Shown here in pieces: positions 9,792 to 19,732 of a stretch of 64,000 bases of DNA. Source of the stretch: a bacterium ADurb.Bin157. GTDB taxonomy: Bacteria; Muiribacteriota; Ozemobacteria; Ozemobacterales; Ozemobacteraceae. The DNA is taken from NCBI GenBank assembly GCA_002070375.1, contig MWDD01000007.1, forward strand, positions 12,985-76,984. The letters are read 5' to 3'. Below the pieces are notes generated by a model. It was not told the DNA's origin. It saw only the letters and a list, made by a program, of their open reading frames with translations, and did no database searches. Position 1 is the stretch's first letter; each line of letters opens with the position of its first letter. The translations under genes were made by a program, and so were the position numbers.

Positions 9792-10373
9792 ATGACATCA
9801 TTAGCCTTTAAAAAAAAGATTATGATTCAAGAGGCTGTGGGAGCAACCAGCCTGAATGAATCTTATTTGGTAACAGATGCTGAAACAGGTTGCGGAATGG
9901 CGGTTGTTGAAGAACATGTTACTACTGCCCAAAAAGTTGCCAAAATGTTTATTGATAAATCTTTGTTGCCGACCAGTTTGACATTGAAAAACTGTGACGG
10001 TGATAAAATTCTTGATCTGTATCAACCGGCCTCTTTCTTTAGATCTGCATTCACGGTAAGAGATGCAAACGGGAAAATATTATGTGTGTTTAAACAAGCT
10101 TTTTCGCTTATTAAACCCTTAATTTATGTGGAAGATGAAAAAGGGCAAATTATAGGTCATATTAAAAGCGATTGGCGTTTCAGAAATTTTGTTTTTACAT
10201 CAGGAAGCGGTGAGACAATTTCTGCAATTAAACACAAGTTTATGGGTATCGCAAAGCATTTGCTCACTTCAGCCGATGATTACGAAGTTGAAATGTCGAA
10301 TACAGATGAAAACATGCTTTTAATTTCTATTGCAGCTGCAATATGTATAGATTTTTTCTATCACGAAAACTAA
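9792..10373 (+). CDS. hypothetical protein, possibly of the LURP-one-related/scramblase-like (DUF567) fold
   Basis: 193 aa; the pattern FTVRDANGKILCVFKQ...IYVEDEKGQIIGHIKSDW...YEVEM resembles the Tubby-like/LOR family; the family assignment is tentative. Followed by an intrinsic terminator. Confidence 0.45.
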   Translation: MTSLAFKKKIMIQEAVGATSLNESYLVTDAETGCGMAVVEEHVTTAQKVAKMFIDKSLLPTSLTLKNCDGDKILDLYQPASFFRSAFTVRDANGKILCVFKQAFSLIKPLIYVEDEKGQIIGHIKSDWRFRNFVFTSGSGETISAIKHKFMGIAKHLLTSADDYEVEMSNTDENMLLISIAAAICIDFFYHEN

Positions 10374-10383
10374 GCTAAATGAA

Positions 10384-10411
10384 AAACGGCGTTTATACGC
10401 CGTTTTTTTTT
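10384..10411 (+). terminator. rho-independent terminator
   Basis: aaacggcg-tttata-cgccgttt hairpin followed by a T9 run. Confidence 0.75.
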
Positions 10412-10531
10412 ACACAGAAAATTGTGCATAATCAATATTACCTTAATTTCGTTAACAAGCTTTAAAATTATATCCCTAACTTTTTTTTATTAAATTTCAA
10501 ACTTGCTTTTGAATCAGATTATAAGTTAATC

Positions 10532-10671
10532 TTAGTATTCATCGAAATTCGCGAATCTGCCGCGATAAAAGATAACAAACTTGCAATGATTGCAGTTTAA
10601 GGTGAAATATGATGTGTGTTGGCCGGAATGTGACTTACGTACCATTGGAGCACTGCATTGTGGGCAAAGCA
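10532..10671 (-). CDS. small zinc-ribbon protein (46 aa), putative
   Basis: MLCPQCSAPMVRKSHSGQHTSYFTLNCNHCKFVIFY... has CxxC-N17-CxxC; a perfect AGGAGG Shine-Dalgarno lies about 10 nt upstream of its ATG on the minus strand (complement of cctcct 10682-10687). The longer track ORF (to 10834) is probably over-extended. Confidence 0.35.
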
Positions 10672-10766
10672 TATATAGAACCTCCTGTTCTTCTGGATAA
10701 CCTTGCGATAATCTTCCCTGTCTATTTTCAATATCGACACAATTGACCCAAAACTTTATACCTAAA

Positions 10767-12095
10767 ATGAAAAAAAATAAAAAAAGTTTAAAAATGTTTG
10801 TAAAGCCCATTATAATGAGCTTTTTGGGAATCATTTGTTTGCTTGCCGCTTATAAAATTTACCAAATGCCCGAAATGATTCTCAAAAACAACTTGGCTTC
10901 TTCAACCGAAACAATACTTAATCTTGCTTCTGAATCAGCATCTAATTATTTTGCGGGAATAAGAAACGAAATAACACTGCTGGCAAAAAAAAGCGAGATA
11001 TATAAAATTAGAAAGTCGGGTTTTGTAAAAAAAATACTTGAAGAATACAAAGAAAATACCGATGTTTTCGCTGCATCATTAGAAGTAGAAATTTCTCTTT
11101 TATTTAATTATATATCTGACTGGAACGAAACTTTCGATTATCTGAAAGATTTGCCTAAAGCATCTGAAAGACTTGTTTATAAAATACTTTCTTTTTATGA
11201 CGAAGATTCGTTTTTAGACGGAACACCGGAAGAAGTCGAAAGTTTTTACAGCTCCGGCGCTGCTTTTGATTATAAATCAGTTTTTGGAATAATAGAATCT
11301 ATTAAAGAGACTTCCGGTTTTATTTTTAACCTGTCTGAGGTATTTGCAGAGTTTGTTGACAAATTTGTGTTTTTATCGAAAAGCCTTCCTAATAATCCCG
11401 ATTTAACAAATCGAGTTTTGGCAATGGGGGTTGATAACGGAAGTATAAAGTCCTTAATAATTAAAGATAAAACCGGAGAAGAAGTGGCATCTTATAATAT
11501 AGATTCGGTGATATGCAACTCAGATAAAGATATAAAGCACATCATGAAAGGTTTTTCATTTTTCGGAGGCGAAGTCTGTTACAATAAAAAGGGTGATCCT
11601 TTTTGGTGGACAGCAGTTTCCTTAAGAGACGAAGAAAGAGAGACAGTAGGTTGTTTGACAGCTTTTGCAGATATGAGTTTTTTGTCAGAAACCGCGAATC
11701 GAAACAATGATTTTTTTGAAATAACATACTTAGACAAAAACGGAATAATAGTAGGCAGTGCAGATAAAACAAAAGTAAAAAATCAAGTTAACGGTTTCGA
11801 TTATTATGGCTTAAATAAAAATGAACCCACTGCATTTTGCCAAAAAATAATTAAAAATAAAGAAGGACAAAAAGTTTTTCAAAATTCAACAGCATTAAAG
11901 ACAAATCAAAAAACTTATGCTCCGAATTTGTTTGTTGTTGTTGAAACATATTTGTTTAAGTATTTGAATGATTTTTATTATACGTGTATACTTAGCGTGA
12001 TTATTCTTTCTTCTGTTGGCATATATTTTTTGTCAGTCGCCGGCTTGGGCTGGCTGGGGTTAGTTTGCCGGGAAACTGGAGTTTATGGGCTTTAA
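10767..12095 (+). CDS. membrane-anchored protein with a periplasmic domain of about 390 aa and a C-terminal TM (sensor-like); function unknown
   Basis: Likely start is MKKNKKSLKMFVKPIIMSFLGIICLLAAYKIY (N-terminal TM); a second TM lies near the C-terminus (ILSVIILSSVGIYFLSVAGL). The track start at 10743 is less likely. Confidence 0.55.
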   Translation: MKKNKKSLKMFVKPIIMSFLGIICLLAAYKIYQMPEMILKNNLASSTETILNLASESASNYFAGIRNEITLLAKKSEIYKIRKSGFVKKILEEYKENTDVFAASLEVEISLLFNYISDWNETFDYLKDLPKASERLVYKILSFYDEDSFLDGTPEEVESFYSSGAAFDYKSVFGIIESIKETSGFIFNLSEVFAEFVDKFVFLSKSLPNNPDLTNRVLAMGVDNGSIKSLIIKDKTGEEVASYNIDSVICNSDKDIKHIMKGFSFFGGEVCYNKKGDPFWWTAVSLRDEERETVGCLTAFADMSFLSETANRNNDFFEITYLDKNGIIVGSADKTKVKNQVNGFDYYGLNKNEPTAFCQKIIKNKEGQKVFQNSTALKTNQKTYAPNLFVVVETYLFKYLNDFYYTCILSVIILSSVGIYFLSVAGLGWLGLVCRETGVYGL

Positions 12096-13566
12096 AATAA
12101 ATTCAAAGATTATTATATTACTTATTGCAGTTGCATACAACGGAGTCGTGTTTGCATCAATTGAAGCAACAAATCTCATGTCAGAAGCCCTTAAACAAAG
12201 AAACACAGGAAACCTTAAAAAGGCCGTTACGCTTCTCAGAAAAGCTACATCACTTTCTGACAAAGGTAAACAGCGGAATTTGTCTATGTTTATGCTTGGG
12301 GACTGTTTTTTAGAAAGTGAAGATTATGAAAATGCTGTTAAAACATATGAAAGTATTTTAATAAATAAACTTACAGCAGAAGAAAAATCCGAAGCATTGT
12401 TTTGTCTCATGAAGGCTTACGCTTCGTTAGGCGATGCTGATAAAGTTACCCATACCTACAATAAAATGATGAAAGAGACACCTTCCGGTTCTTATTCTTC
12501 TTTGGCTAAAACTTTTTACTCAAGGTTTAGTGGTGTGTTTAGCGGGGTTGCCGGCGAAAATAAAAATACCCAACAAAAAACAAAAATTGTTGCAAAACCG
12601 ACTGCTGTAAAAATAAACCAAAAACAACAAAAACAAACAAAAACAAACACGCAAGTAAACAAAAATAAACAAATAAAGACTGATACAAACAAACAGACAA
12701 AACTTACGCAAACAAATATAAACACAAACAAACAATTACAAGAAGCTTTGGCTTTTGAGCCTGTTTCAGACACCAGAAAAGAAGAGCTGGTCAGCGAAAT
12801 ACTGGTGTTGCAAGATAAAATCAAAAATATTGGCGAAACAAAACCGGGTGCAGATGCTTTGTTATTTGAACTGGGAAAAAACACCTCCGACTTTGGAGAA
12901 CTTGTGGAAGCTTGCAAAATTTACGACAAACTTCTTTCTTTGCACCCGAATTCATCTTATGCAGAAAGAGCTTACTACGAAGCAATAAGATTAAGAGCCG
13001 TATTGGGCGTTCACGAAGCGGTAGTAGCTTGGGCAAAAGCTTTTAACGAAGCTTTTCCTTCTTCTGTCTATGCCTCAAAAGTTAAAGTTCTCTCCGAATA
13101 TTCAAAATCAGGCGGAAAAATAGCGGTAGAAAACAAAAAAACTATTTTACAAAAAGATAATTTTAGTCAAATTAAAGATAAAAATCTGTTGGTAAAAGAT
13201 GAAAGCTATATTATTGCATCTAAAAAAATGAAAGATGGTGATTACGAAAGTGCTCTTAAAGATTTTATGGGGTTAACTCGTGAATATTCCCAAGTGCCGC
13301 AACTTTGGTGGGACATTGCTCTTGTAAATGTGCAAACTGAAAACTTTAAGAATGCTTCAATTGCAATAAATAAGATGTTAAAATTAGACCCGGGTAATGA
13401 AGATGCCAGTTCTTTGTCGGGATACATACATTACCGATTAGAAGACTACGAAGAGGCTGCAAATGCCTACGAAAACGCCGGAGAACCGGACGGACAGGGT
13501 GTGAACTTTTACGATACAAAAAGTGCCTTGAAAAGAATGAAAAAATCTGTAAATACAACGTACTGA
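12085..13566 (+). CDS. TPR-repeat protein with an internal K/Q/T/N-rich low-complexity linker
   Basis: Signal/TM N-terminus; TPR-like helices on both sides of a linker KNTQQKTKIVAKPTAVKINQKQQKQTKTNTQVNKNKQIKTDTNKQTK... Confidence 0.65.
   Translation: MGFKINSKIIILLIAVAYNGVVFASIEATNLMSEALKQRNTGNLKKAVTLLRKATSLSDKGKQRNLSMFMLGDCFLESEDYENAVKTYESILINKLTAEEKSEALFCLMKAYASLGDADKVTHTYNKMMKETPSGSYSSLAKTFYSRFSGVFSGVAGENKNTQQKTKIVAKPTAVKINQKQQKQTKTNTQVNKNKQIKTDTNKQTKLTQTNINTNKQLQEALAFEPVSDTRKEELVSEILVLQDKIKNIGETKPGADALLFELGKNTSDFGELVEACKIYDKLLSLHPNSSYAERAYYEAIRLRAVLGVHEAVVAWAKAFNEAFPSSVYASKVKVLSEYSKSGGKIAVENKKTILQKDNFSQIKDKNLLVKDESYIIASKKMKDGDYESALKDFMGLTREYSQVPQLWWDIALVNVQTENFKNASIAINKMLKLDPGNEDASSLSGYIHYRLEDYEEAANAYENAGEPDGQGVNFYDTKSALKRMKKSVNTTY
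12560..12745 (+). repeat. imperfect (AAACAAA)n-type tandem repeat inside the TPR-protein CDS
   Basis: caaaaacaacaaaaacaaacaaaaacaaacacgcaagtaaacaaaaataaacaaataaag... encodes the K/Q/T/N tract. Confidence 0.6.
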
Positions 13567-13586
13567 CCAATTTAAGGAGCGTTTAT

Positions 13587-14645
13587 ATGAATAAAGATGC
13601 ATTGACAGCTGTACAGAAAATTATTGAAATCGGTGATGAAAAAAACGAAATCGGCGAATATGGCTTGGCCAGAAATGAATATTTAAGCGCGGTTTCTGAA
13701 TTAGAAAATACTAAAGAATCATCAAAAGAAAAAGATCAGCTGATGACTACAGTTAAAGATAAACTTAAAGCAATGGACGAAAAACTTGCCAAAGCTAACT
13801 ACGAAAAGGGCAAAGCCGCTGTTTATACAAAATCCTGGGAACTGGCTATAGAACATTTTGAAGAAGCAATAAGACTTGCTCCTGAAGAAAATATCGAGTT
13901 TTTGGAAAGAGCAAAAAAACAATTGGATAAAGCAAAAGCAAAAAGCGGCGATTACCAAATGTATATAGACATAAATTCTTTGGTCGAACGAGGAAACGAT
14001 TTTAAAGAATCCGGAAATTATGCTGAAGCCATTCTTGAATACGAAGCAGCTTATAAAATTATTGCTAATCTTCCGGAAGATCACAAATATGTCGTTTTTC
14101 TGAAAACTTCTTTGACTGAATGCAGAAGAAACATTATAAGACCTTACTTAGCCAAAATTTACAGAGCTTACAATAAAAAGAAATTCTCGCATGCTGCAAC
14201 ATTATTGCAAAAAGCATCTAATCTTATAGATAAAAAAGACAACGTTTATAAAAGGTTCCTTGATAAAATTAATGAAAAAATCGCGATAAACATAGAAGAA
14301 ACAGATGTGCAATCAGACGAAATAGATAATTCGCCGGTCTGGGAAAAAGCAGTAAAAGATTACGAAGAAGCATTAGACCTATATTCTTCTTTTGTGGCTG
14401 TTGATCCGCTGGCTCCGGCTTATAATAATAAAAATATCTACGAAGATAAATTTGTGGAATCAAGAAAAAAGCTGGGTAAACTATATAAAACTCGTGCCGA
14501 TAACTACCGCGACAGCAATAAAATTGATAAGGCAATTAAGAACTACAAAGAAGCTTTAAGACTTCTGCCAAAAACTGATAAGATGTTCCACGAGGCGTTC
14601 AGTGAAATTAAAAAAATGCGAGCGCAAATAACCGAAAATCAATAA
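13587..14645 (+). CDS. hypothetical TPR-like/coiled-coil protein
   Basis: 352 aa, K/E-rich helical repeats (AIRLAPEEN, ALRLLPKTD); no catalytic motifs. Confidence 0.55.
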   Translation: MNKDALTAVQKIIEIGDEKNEIGEYGLARNEYLSAVSELENTKESSKEKDQLMTTVKDKLKAMDEKLAKANYEKGKAAVYTKSWELAIEHFEEAIRLAPEENIEFLERAKKQLDKAKAKSGDYQMYIDINSLVERGNDFKESGNYAEAILEYEAAYKIIANLPEDHKYVVFLKTSLTECRRNIIRPYLAKIYRAYNKKKFSHAATLLQKASNLIDKKDNVYKRFLDKINEKIAINIEETDVQSDEIDNSPVWEKAVKDYEEALDLYSSFVAVDPLAPAYNNKNIYEDKFVESRKKLGKLYKTRADNYRDSNKIDKAIKNYKEALRLLPKTDKMFHEAFSEIKKMRAQITENQ

Positions 14646-14653
14646 TACCTTTC

Positions 14654-16945
14654 ATGAATAGATCTGATAACATTCTAAGCTCCGGTGAAATAATTAAGCT
14701 GGCTGAAAAACCTTCCTCACTGATTCCCTTATGGGAATTCTTGATGGCATTGATTTTTGCTCTTACTTTTTCCTTGTTGTTCTATTTCGGGAAGTTTACA
14801 ACCTTTGAAAATGCAACAATAGACTTTAGGTTTAAGCAAAGGGGAGAGCTTCAGCGAAATCAATACATTGTTTTGGTTAACATAACCGACGACTGCATTA
14901 ATGAGTTGGGTGCCTGGCCATGGAAAAGAGAGCAACACGGAAAACTTCTTTCTGTATTAAATAATGCAGGAGCCAAAACAGTCGCTTTTGATATTATGTT
15001 CACCGAAGACTCACTAATAGGATGTGAGGACGATATTGAATTTGCTAAGCAAATCCAATCGTTTAAAAATGTGGTTTTGCCTTTGGTTATAACCAAAAAG
15101 CATATATTGGATCCCGAAACATTCGAAATGATCGAAAAAATAGTTCCCGATCGACCTTGTAGAGCCTTGCAAAAGGCTATGCCCTATGAAGGATTTATAG
15201 ACTTAGAATATAAGACCCTTAATCCCGACGGAGTAATCAGAAAGCTCTTGCTTTACAAACCGGCGGGTGATTTCGGAAGCTATATTTTTGGAATAGCGGC
15301 GGCTTCAGCTTATTTGAATATAACTCCTTCAATAGAAAAATACGGAATGATGGTTGGTGACAGGCTTTTGCCTTTCCATGAATCTTATGAACCCGAAGCC
15401 GGCGAAACAGTTAAATCTTACATGATAAACTACGCCGGAAGTACACATCACTTCGATGAAATAAGCTACGCAGACGCTCTCAAAGGAAGATTTCCCGACA
15501 GATATTTCGAAAACAGACTGGTATTAATAGGAACCAGAGCAAAAGGAATTTCCGAAGATGTTAAATTTTCACCCTTTGGAGCTATTTCAGGAGTAGAGAT
15601 ACATGCAAATTTACTTCATAATATCTTAAGCCGAAGATTTTTAACAAGAAATTCTACAACAACGACGATTCTTGTTATATTTATCTTTGCTCTGGCTATT
15701 GCTTACGCTTTATGGAAATCCAGACGATTCTTTTTTGATATAATAACTTTGCTTTCTGCCGCCTTATGGGCAGTCTCTGCAATTGTTATGTTTTATTTCG
15801 ATATTGTTATAGAAATAACTCCTGTTCTGTTTATGGTACCTATTCAGTGGGCTTTAACAAGACTTATACAGCAGTTTCAGAGTTTGCGCGAAAAGAACTA
15901 TGATTTAGCCAGAAAAGTCAGAGAATTGGCTATAATAAACGAAGTTACCCAGGCAGTCAGTTTCATGGGAGACCTTGGAAAAACCCTCGATGCAATAGTC
16001 AGCCGGGGAGTTCAAGTGCTTAACGCGCAAAGAGGCTCTATTTTTCTGCTGGATGAAAAATATGAAGAATTGGTAGAAAAATCGGTTATTTACGGGGTTA
16101 ATGGTGAAATTAAAATAGATAACGATTTACGAAATCAGTTTAAAAGCGGCAAAGGCATAGCCGGCGAAGTTTTTAACAGCGGAAAACCAAGATTAATACA
16201 AAACATCAGAAAAGATAAATCTTTTGAATTCAGAGATTCTGAAAGAGATAATCTTAAAAGCATGATTTGTGTACCTCTTGTAATAAACGACATTCCGATA
16301 GGTGTAATGAATGTTGTAAATAGGGTCGAGGGGCGCTTTAATAACGATGATCTTCAAACTGCCCTTACTATGGCTAATCAGGCTGCAGTTGTTATTGAAA
16401 AAGCGAGACTTTATAATTTGGCGACAATTGACGGTTTAACCGGACTTGTTGTCAGGAGACATTTTCAGGCAAAAATTGAGGAAGAGTTCAGACGCGCAAG
16501 ACGTTATGACAAACCCTTATCTTATTTAATGACAGACATTGACCATTTTAAAAAGTTTAACGATACTTATGGCCATCAAACCGGTGATATGGTTTTGAGA
16601 GAAGTTGCCAAAATTGTGATTAAAAGCGTGCGAGATACAGACATCGCGGCTAGATACGGCGGAGAGGAATTTGCTGTAATATTGCCTGAAACTGAACCGG
16701 ATGGTGCTATGCTTTTTGCGGAAAGATTAAGACAAAGTGTTCAAGACGCTGTTTTTAGCGGGCCTACCGGTGATTTAAAGGTTACTGTCAGCGTTGGAGT
16801 CAGTTCTTTTCCCTTAAACAACCCAAATTCAGCGACAGAAATGATAAAGTTGGCAGATGATGCTTTGTATGTTTGTAAGAAAAATGGTCGAAACAGAGTT
16901 GAAATTGCTGTAATCGACGATAAAACAAATAGTTTAAATACTTGA
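14654..16945 (+). CDS. CHASE2-GAF-GGDEF membrane diguanylate cyclase
   Basis: CHASE2 hallmark ...NITDDCINELGAWPWKREQHGKLL...AFDIMF; TM helices; GAF region; GGDEF active site RYGGEEFAVILPE with an upstream RxxD-like I-site. Confidence 0.9.
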   Translation: MNRSDNILSSGEIIKLAEKPSSLIPLWEFLMALIFALTFSLLFYFGKFTTFENATIDFRFKQRGELQRNQYIVLVNITDDCINELGAWPWKREQHGKLLSVLNNAGAKTVAFDIMFTEDSLIGCEDDIEFAKQIQSFKNVVLPLVITKKHILDPETFEMIEKIVPDRPCRALQKAMPYEGFIDLEYKTLNPDGVIRKLLLYKPAGDFGSYIFGIAAASAYLNITPSIEKYGMMVGDRLLPFHESYEPEAGETVKSYMINYAGSTHHFDEISYADALKGRFPDRYFENRLVLIGTRAKGISEDVKFSPFGAISGVEIHANLLHNILSRRFLTRNSTTTTILVIFIFALAIAYALWKSRRFFFDIITLLSAALWAVSAIVMFYFDIVIEITPVLFMVPIQWALTRLIQQFQSLREKNYDLARKVRELAIINEVTQAVSFMGDLGKTLDAIVSRGVQVLNAQRGSIFLLDEKYEELVEKSVIYGVNGEIKIDNDLRNQFKSGKGIAGEVFNSGKPRLIQNIRKDKSFEFRDSERDNLKSMICVPLVINDIPIGVMNVVNRVEGRFNNDDLQTALTMANQAAVVIEKARLYNLATIDGLTGLVVRRHFQAKIEEEFRRARRYDKPLSYLMTDIDHFKKFNDTYGHQTGDMVLREVAKIVIKSVRDTDIAARYGGEEFAVILPETEPDGAMLFAERLRQSVQDAVFSGPTGDLKVTVSVGVSSFPLNNPNSATEMIKLADDALYVCKKNGRNRVEIAVIDDKTNSLNT

Positions 16946-16992
16946 ATTTATCTGATATATTGTTTTAAAAATATCTACCGCGAGGTTTTACT

Positions 16993-17277
16993 TTGGAAAA
17001 CAAAAAAGAACAGGTTGTTATTACGGTCCTGGGAATAAGCAAACCCGGTATCTTGGCCGGCATAACCCGAGCAATAGCAGATTCAAACGTTAACGTAGAA
17101 GATGTGAGCCAAAAAATTATGCAGGGTTATTTTGCTCTTATGATGATGACTGACTTTGCAGGAGCAAATTGCAGCTTCGAAGAGTTTCAAAACAGAATGC
17201 AAGCTGTTTCTGATCGATTGCAGGTGAAGACTTTTATACAGCATGAAGATGTTTTTAGATTCCAGCATAGACTGTGA
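16993..17277 (+). CDS. ACT-domain protein (UPF0237 family)
   Basis: VVITVLGISKPGILAGITRAIADSNVNVEDVSQKIMQGYFALMMM is an ACT fold; TTG start after a GAGG Shine-Dalgarno; forms the conserved pair with the downstream UPF0210 gene. Confidence 0.7.
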   Translation: MENKKEQVVITVLGISKPGILAGITRAIADSNVNVEDVSQKIMQGYFALMMMTDFAGANCSFEEFQNRMQAVSDRLQVKTFIQHEDVFRFQHRL

Positions 17278-17291
17278 CGGAGGAATAAAAA

Positions 17292-18653
17292 ATGCTTTTC
17301 TCTTTAGAAGAAGTAATTGACACCATTAGTGCGGTAGGTGTCGAAACATTTGATATTCGTACTATCACATGTGGAATCAATATAATGAGTTGCGCTGATT
17401 CTGATGTTAATAGGTGTGCCGATAAAGTTTACGAAAAAGTCGTGAGAGTGGCCCGTGATATAGTGCCTACTGCGCGAATCCTCGAAAAACGTTATGGTAT
17501 TCCTATTGTAAACAAAAGAATTTCAGTGACTCCCGTGTCTTTTTTGGCATCTGCTTTTACCGAACCTACTGCGGTACCGATTGCAAAAGCACTCGACAGA
17601 GCAGCAAAAGAGCTTGGCATAGATTACGTTGCCGGTTTTTCTGCGCTTATTCAAAAAGGGTTTTCTCGCGGAGACCAAATACTTATTAATTCAATTGCAG
17701 ACGCTTTATGTAACACAGAAAGAGTTTGCTCAAGCGTTAATATTGGCACCTCTCAAGCCGGAATAAACATGGATGGTGTTTATCGAATGGCTGAAGTTGT
17801 TAAAGAAGCTGCCCAAAGATCTGCCGATAAAAACGGCCTAGCTTGCGCTAAGTTGGTAGTTTTCTGTAACGCGGTTGAAGATAACCCCTTTATTGCAGGC
17901 TCGTTTTTAGGGCCGGGTGAAGCCGAAGCTATTTTAAATGTGGGTATCTCAGGCCCCGGAGTAGTAAGAGCAGCACTGGAAAACTCTGAAAACCTTTCTA
18001 TTGGCGAACTTTCCGAATTAATTAAAAAAATCAGCTTTAAAATTACCAGAACAGGCGAACTGGTTGGCCGCGAAGCTTCAAAAATGACAGGAATCCCATT
18101 CGGGATAATTGACTTGTCATTGGCTCCGACTCCTGCTCAGGGCGATTCAATAGCGGATATTCTCGAACTTATGGGCTTAGAGAGAACCGGCTGTCATGGT
18201 ACAACTGCATGTCTGGCCATGCTCAACGACGCTGTTAAAAAAGGCGGTATGATGGGGGCCACTTATGCGGGCGGTTTATCCGGAGCTTTTATTCCTTTAA
18301 CCGAAGACGCGGGAATGTGCAGAGCAGTAAGTGAAGGCGCTTTAAATATCCAAAAACTTGAAGCTATGACTTGTGTTTGTTCTGTTGGCCTCGATATGGT
18401 GGCTATCCCCGGAGACACCTCAGTAGATGTAATCGCCGGTATTATAGCTGATGAAGCGGCAATAGGAATGATAAATCATAAAACTACGGCGTGCCGATTG
18501 ATTCCCGTTCCCGGAATGAAAGCCGGCGACGAAGTTGATTTTGGCGGCTTATTGGGTAAAGGACCAATAATCGCTGTCGGAAAACAATCTCCGAAAAAGT
18601 TTGTGACAAGAGGCGGCAGAATTCCCGCTCCTGTGCACAGTATGAAGAATTGA
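17292..18653 (+). CDS. UPF0210 (DUF711) family protein
   Basis: 453 aa, G-rich soluble protein; conserved partnership with the upstream ACT protein. Confidence 0.7.
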   Translation: MLFSLEEVIDTISAVGVETFDIRTITCGINIMSCADSDVNRCADKVYEKVVRVARDIVPTARILEKRYGIPIVNKRISVTPVSFLASAFTEPTAVPIAKALDRAAKELGIDYVAGFSALIQKGFSRGDQILINSIADALCNTERVCSSVNIGTSQAGINMDGVYRMAEVVKEAAQRSADKNGLACAKLVVFCNAVEDNPFIAGSFLGPGEAEAILNVGISGPGVVRAALENSENLSIGELSELIKKISFKITRTGELVGREASKMTGIPFGIIDLSLAPTPAQGDSIADILELMGLERTGCHGTTACLAMLNDAVKKGGMMGATYAGGLSGAFIPLTEDAGMCRAVSEGALNIQKLEAMTCVCSVGLDMVAIPGDTSVDVIAGIIADEAAIGMINHKTTACRLIPVPGMKAGDEVDFGGLLGKGPIIAVGKQSPKKFVTRGGRIPAPVHSMKN

Positions 18654-18655
18654 CT

Positions 18656-18683
18656 TGTAACAAATATTCTCTCAATAACGTAT
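18656..18683 (+). promoter_or_regulatory. ECF-type promoter candidate (GTAAC-N17-CGTA) upstream of the ECF sigma gene
   Basis: tGTAACaaatattctctcaataaCGTAtt matches the AAC...CGT ECF consensus architecture; possibly autoregulatory. Confidence 0.35.
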
Positions 18684-18701
18684 TATTAGTGGTGAGCTCA
18701 A

Positions 18702-19256
18702 ATGCTGAAAAGAAATAAGCCCGACTGCGCCGATTTGATTGCCAAAGCAAAATTAGGTAATTCTGACGCTTTCGCCGACATTATTAAACAGTATTATGGG
18801 CTTGTCATGCACTATCTTTTAGGTATGGGCGTAAAGCATTCGGATGCGGAAGATGTGGCTCAGGAAGCTTTTATAACATTGTTTCGTAAGATTGATCAGG
18901 TAACGAATCCGGCTACTTTTACCGCTTGGTTATTGAGGATTTCACGCAATCTGTTCATTGACAAAATTCGAAAAGAAAAAAAGATAGATGTCTCCGGCAA
19001 TCAATTTGAACTTGAATTATTGACCTCTAACTTGACTCCTGAGTCTGAGGTTGTTTCTAATTCTGAGGTAAGCGATATATTTGCGGGTCTTAAGTCCAGA
19101 GAACGCGTTATTCTTGAACTGAGAGTTTTTCAGAATATGTCCTTTGCTGAAATAGGCGAGGTTCAGGGAATGACCGAAGGTAATGTCAGATTGGTTTTTC
19201 ATAGGTTGATTTCTAAGTTGCGAGACAGGTTAGCAAAAGAATTTGGTAGGTTATAA
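18702..19256 (+). CDS. RNA polymerase sigma-70 family, ECF subfamily sigma factor
   Basis: Region 2 (YYGLVMHYLLGMG...DAEDVAQEAFITLFRK) and region 4 (ELRVFQNMSFAEIGEVQGMTEGNVRLVFHR). Confidence 0.9.
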   Translation: MLKRNKPDCADLIAKAKLGNSDAFADIIKQYYGLVMHYLLGMGVKHSDAEDVAQEAFITLFRKIDQVTNPATFTAWLLRISRNLFIDKIRKEKKIDVSGNQFELELLTSNLTPESEVVSNSEVSDIFAGLKSRERVILELRVFQNMSFAEIGEVQGMTEGNVRLVFHRLISKLRDRLAKEFGRL

Positions 19257-19258
19257 GC

Positions 19259-19732
19259 ATGGACGAAAAAGAATGCAAAAACATAACTGAACAGTTAACC
19301 GATCCTCAAAATATAAATGAGGCCGGTAAAAAGCACATTAAAGTTTGTAAAAAATGTGCGTCAACCGTTTCTTTGCTTCTAACCTTAAAAGCAGGCCCTG
19401 CGCCCACTGCCGGGCTTGTACCGTCTCCGGCTTTTATTAATTCTGTATTAGCCAGAATCGGCATTAAAAGCGCCGTAGCGTCTTCTGCCGCCACGGCAGC
19501 GGTTACTTCAAAATCTGTTGTGGCAGCAATAGTTGCTTTGGGTGTGGCGGTGGTATTAGGCCTAGGATTAACTCTCGGCACAGACGATTCTTTCAACAAT
19601 ATTCTCAAAAGTCAAAAAAGCGAGTCTGCTAAAAGAAATATAATAGAAATAGAATTATTAGAACTGGAAGCGCTTAAAAATATAAAGTCTCCTGTTTTGA
19701 AATTTGATTCTCCTGCCAATGAAACAAAATAA
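19259..19732 (+). CDS. putative anti-sigma factor (zinc-finger, single TM)
   Basis: Starts 3 nt after the sigma gene; HIKVCKKCAS zf-HC2-like motif; A/V-rich TM helix. Confidence 0.55.
   Translation: MDEKECKNITEQLTDPQNINEAGKKHIKVCKKCASTVSLLLTLKAGPAPTAGLVPSPAFINSVLARIGIKSAVASSAATAAVTSKSVVAAIVALGVAVVLGLGLTLGTDDSFNNILKSQKSESAKRNIIEIELLELEALKNIKSPVLKFDSPANETK

Noticed and set aside
12516-12917. 133-aa and 71-aa minus-strand ORFs rich in Cys/Phe/Val
   Set aside because: They are antisense translations of the (AAACAAA)n repeat inside the TPR gene (TTTGTTT gives F/C/V codons).
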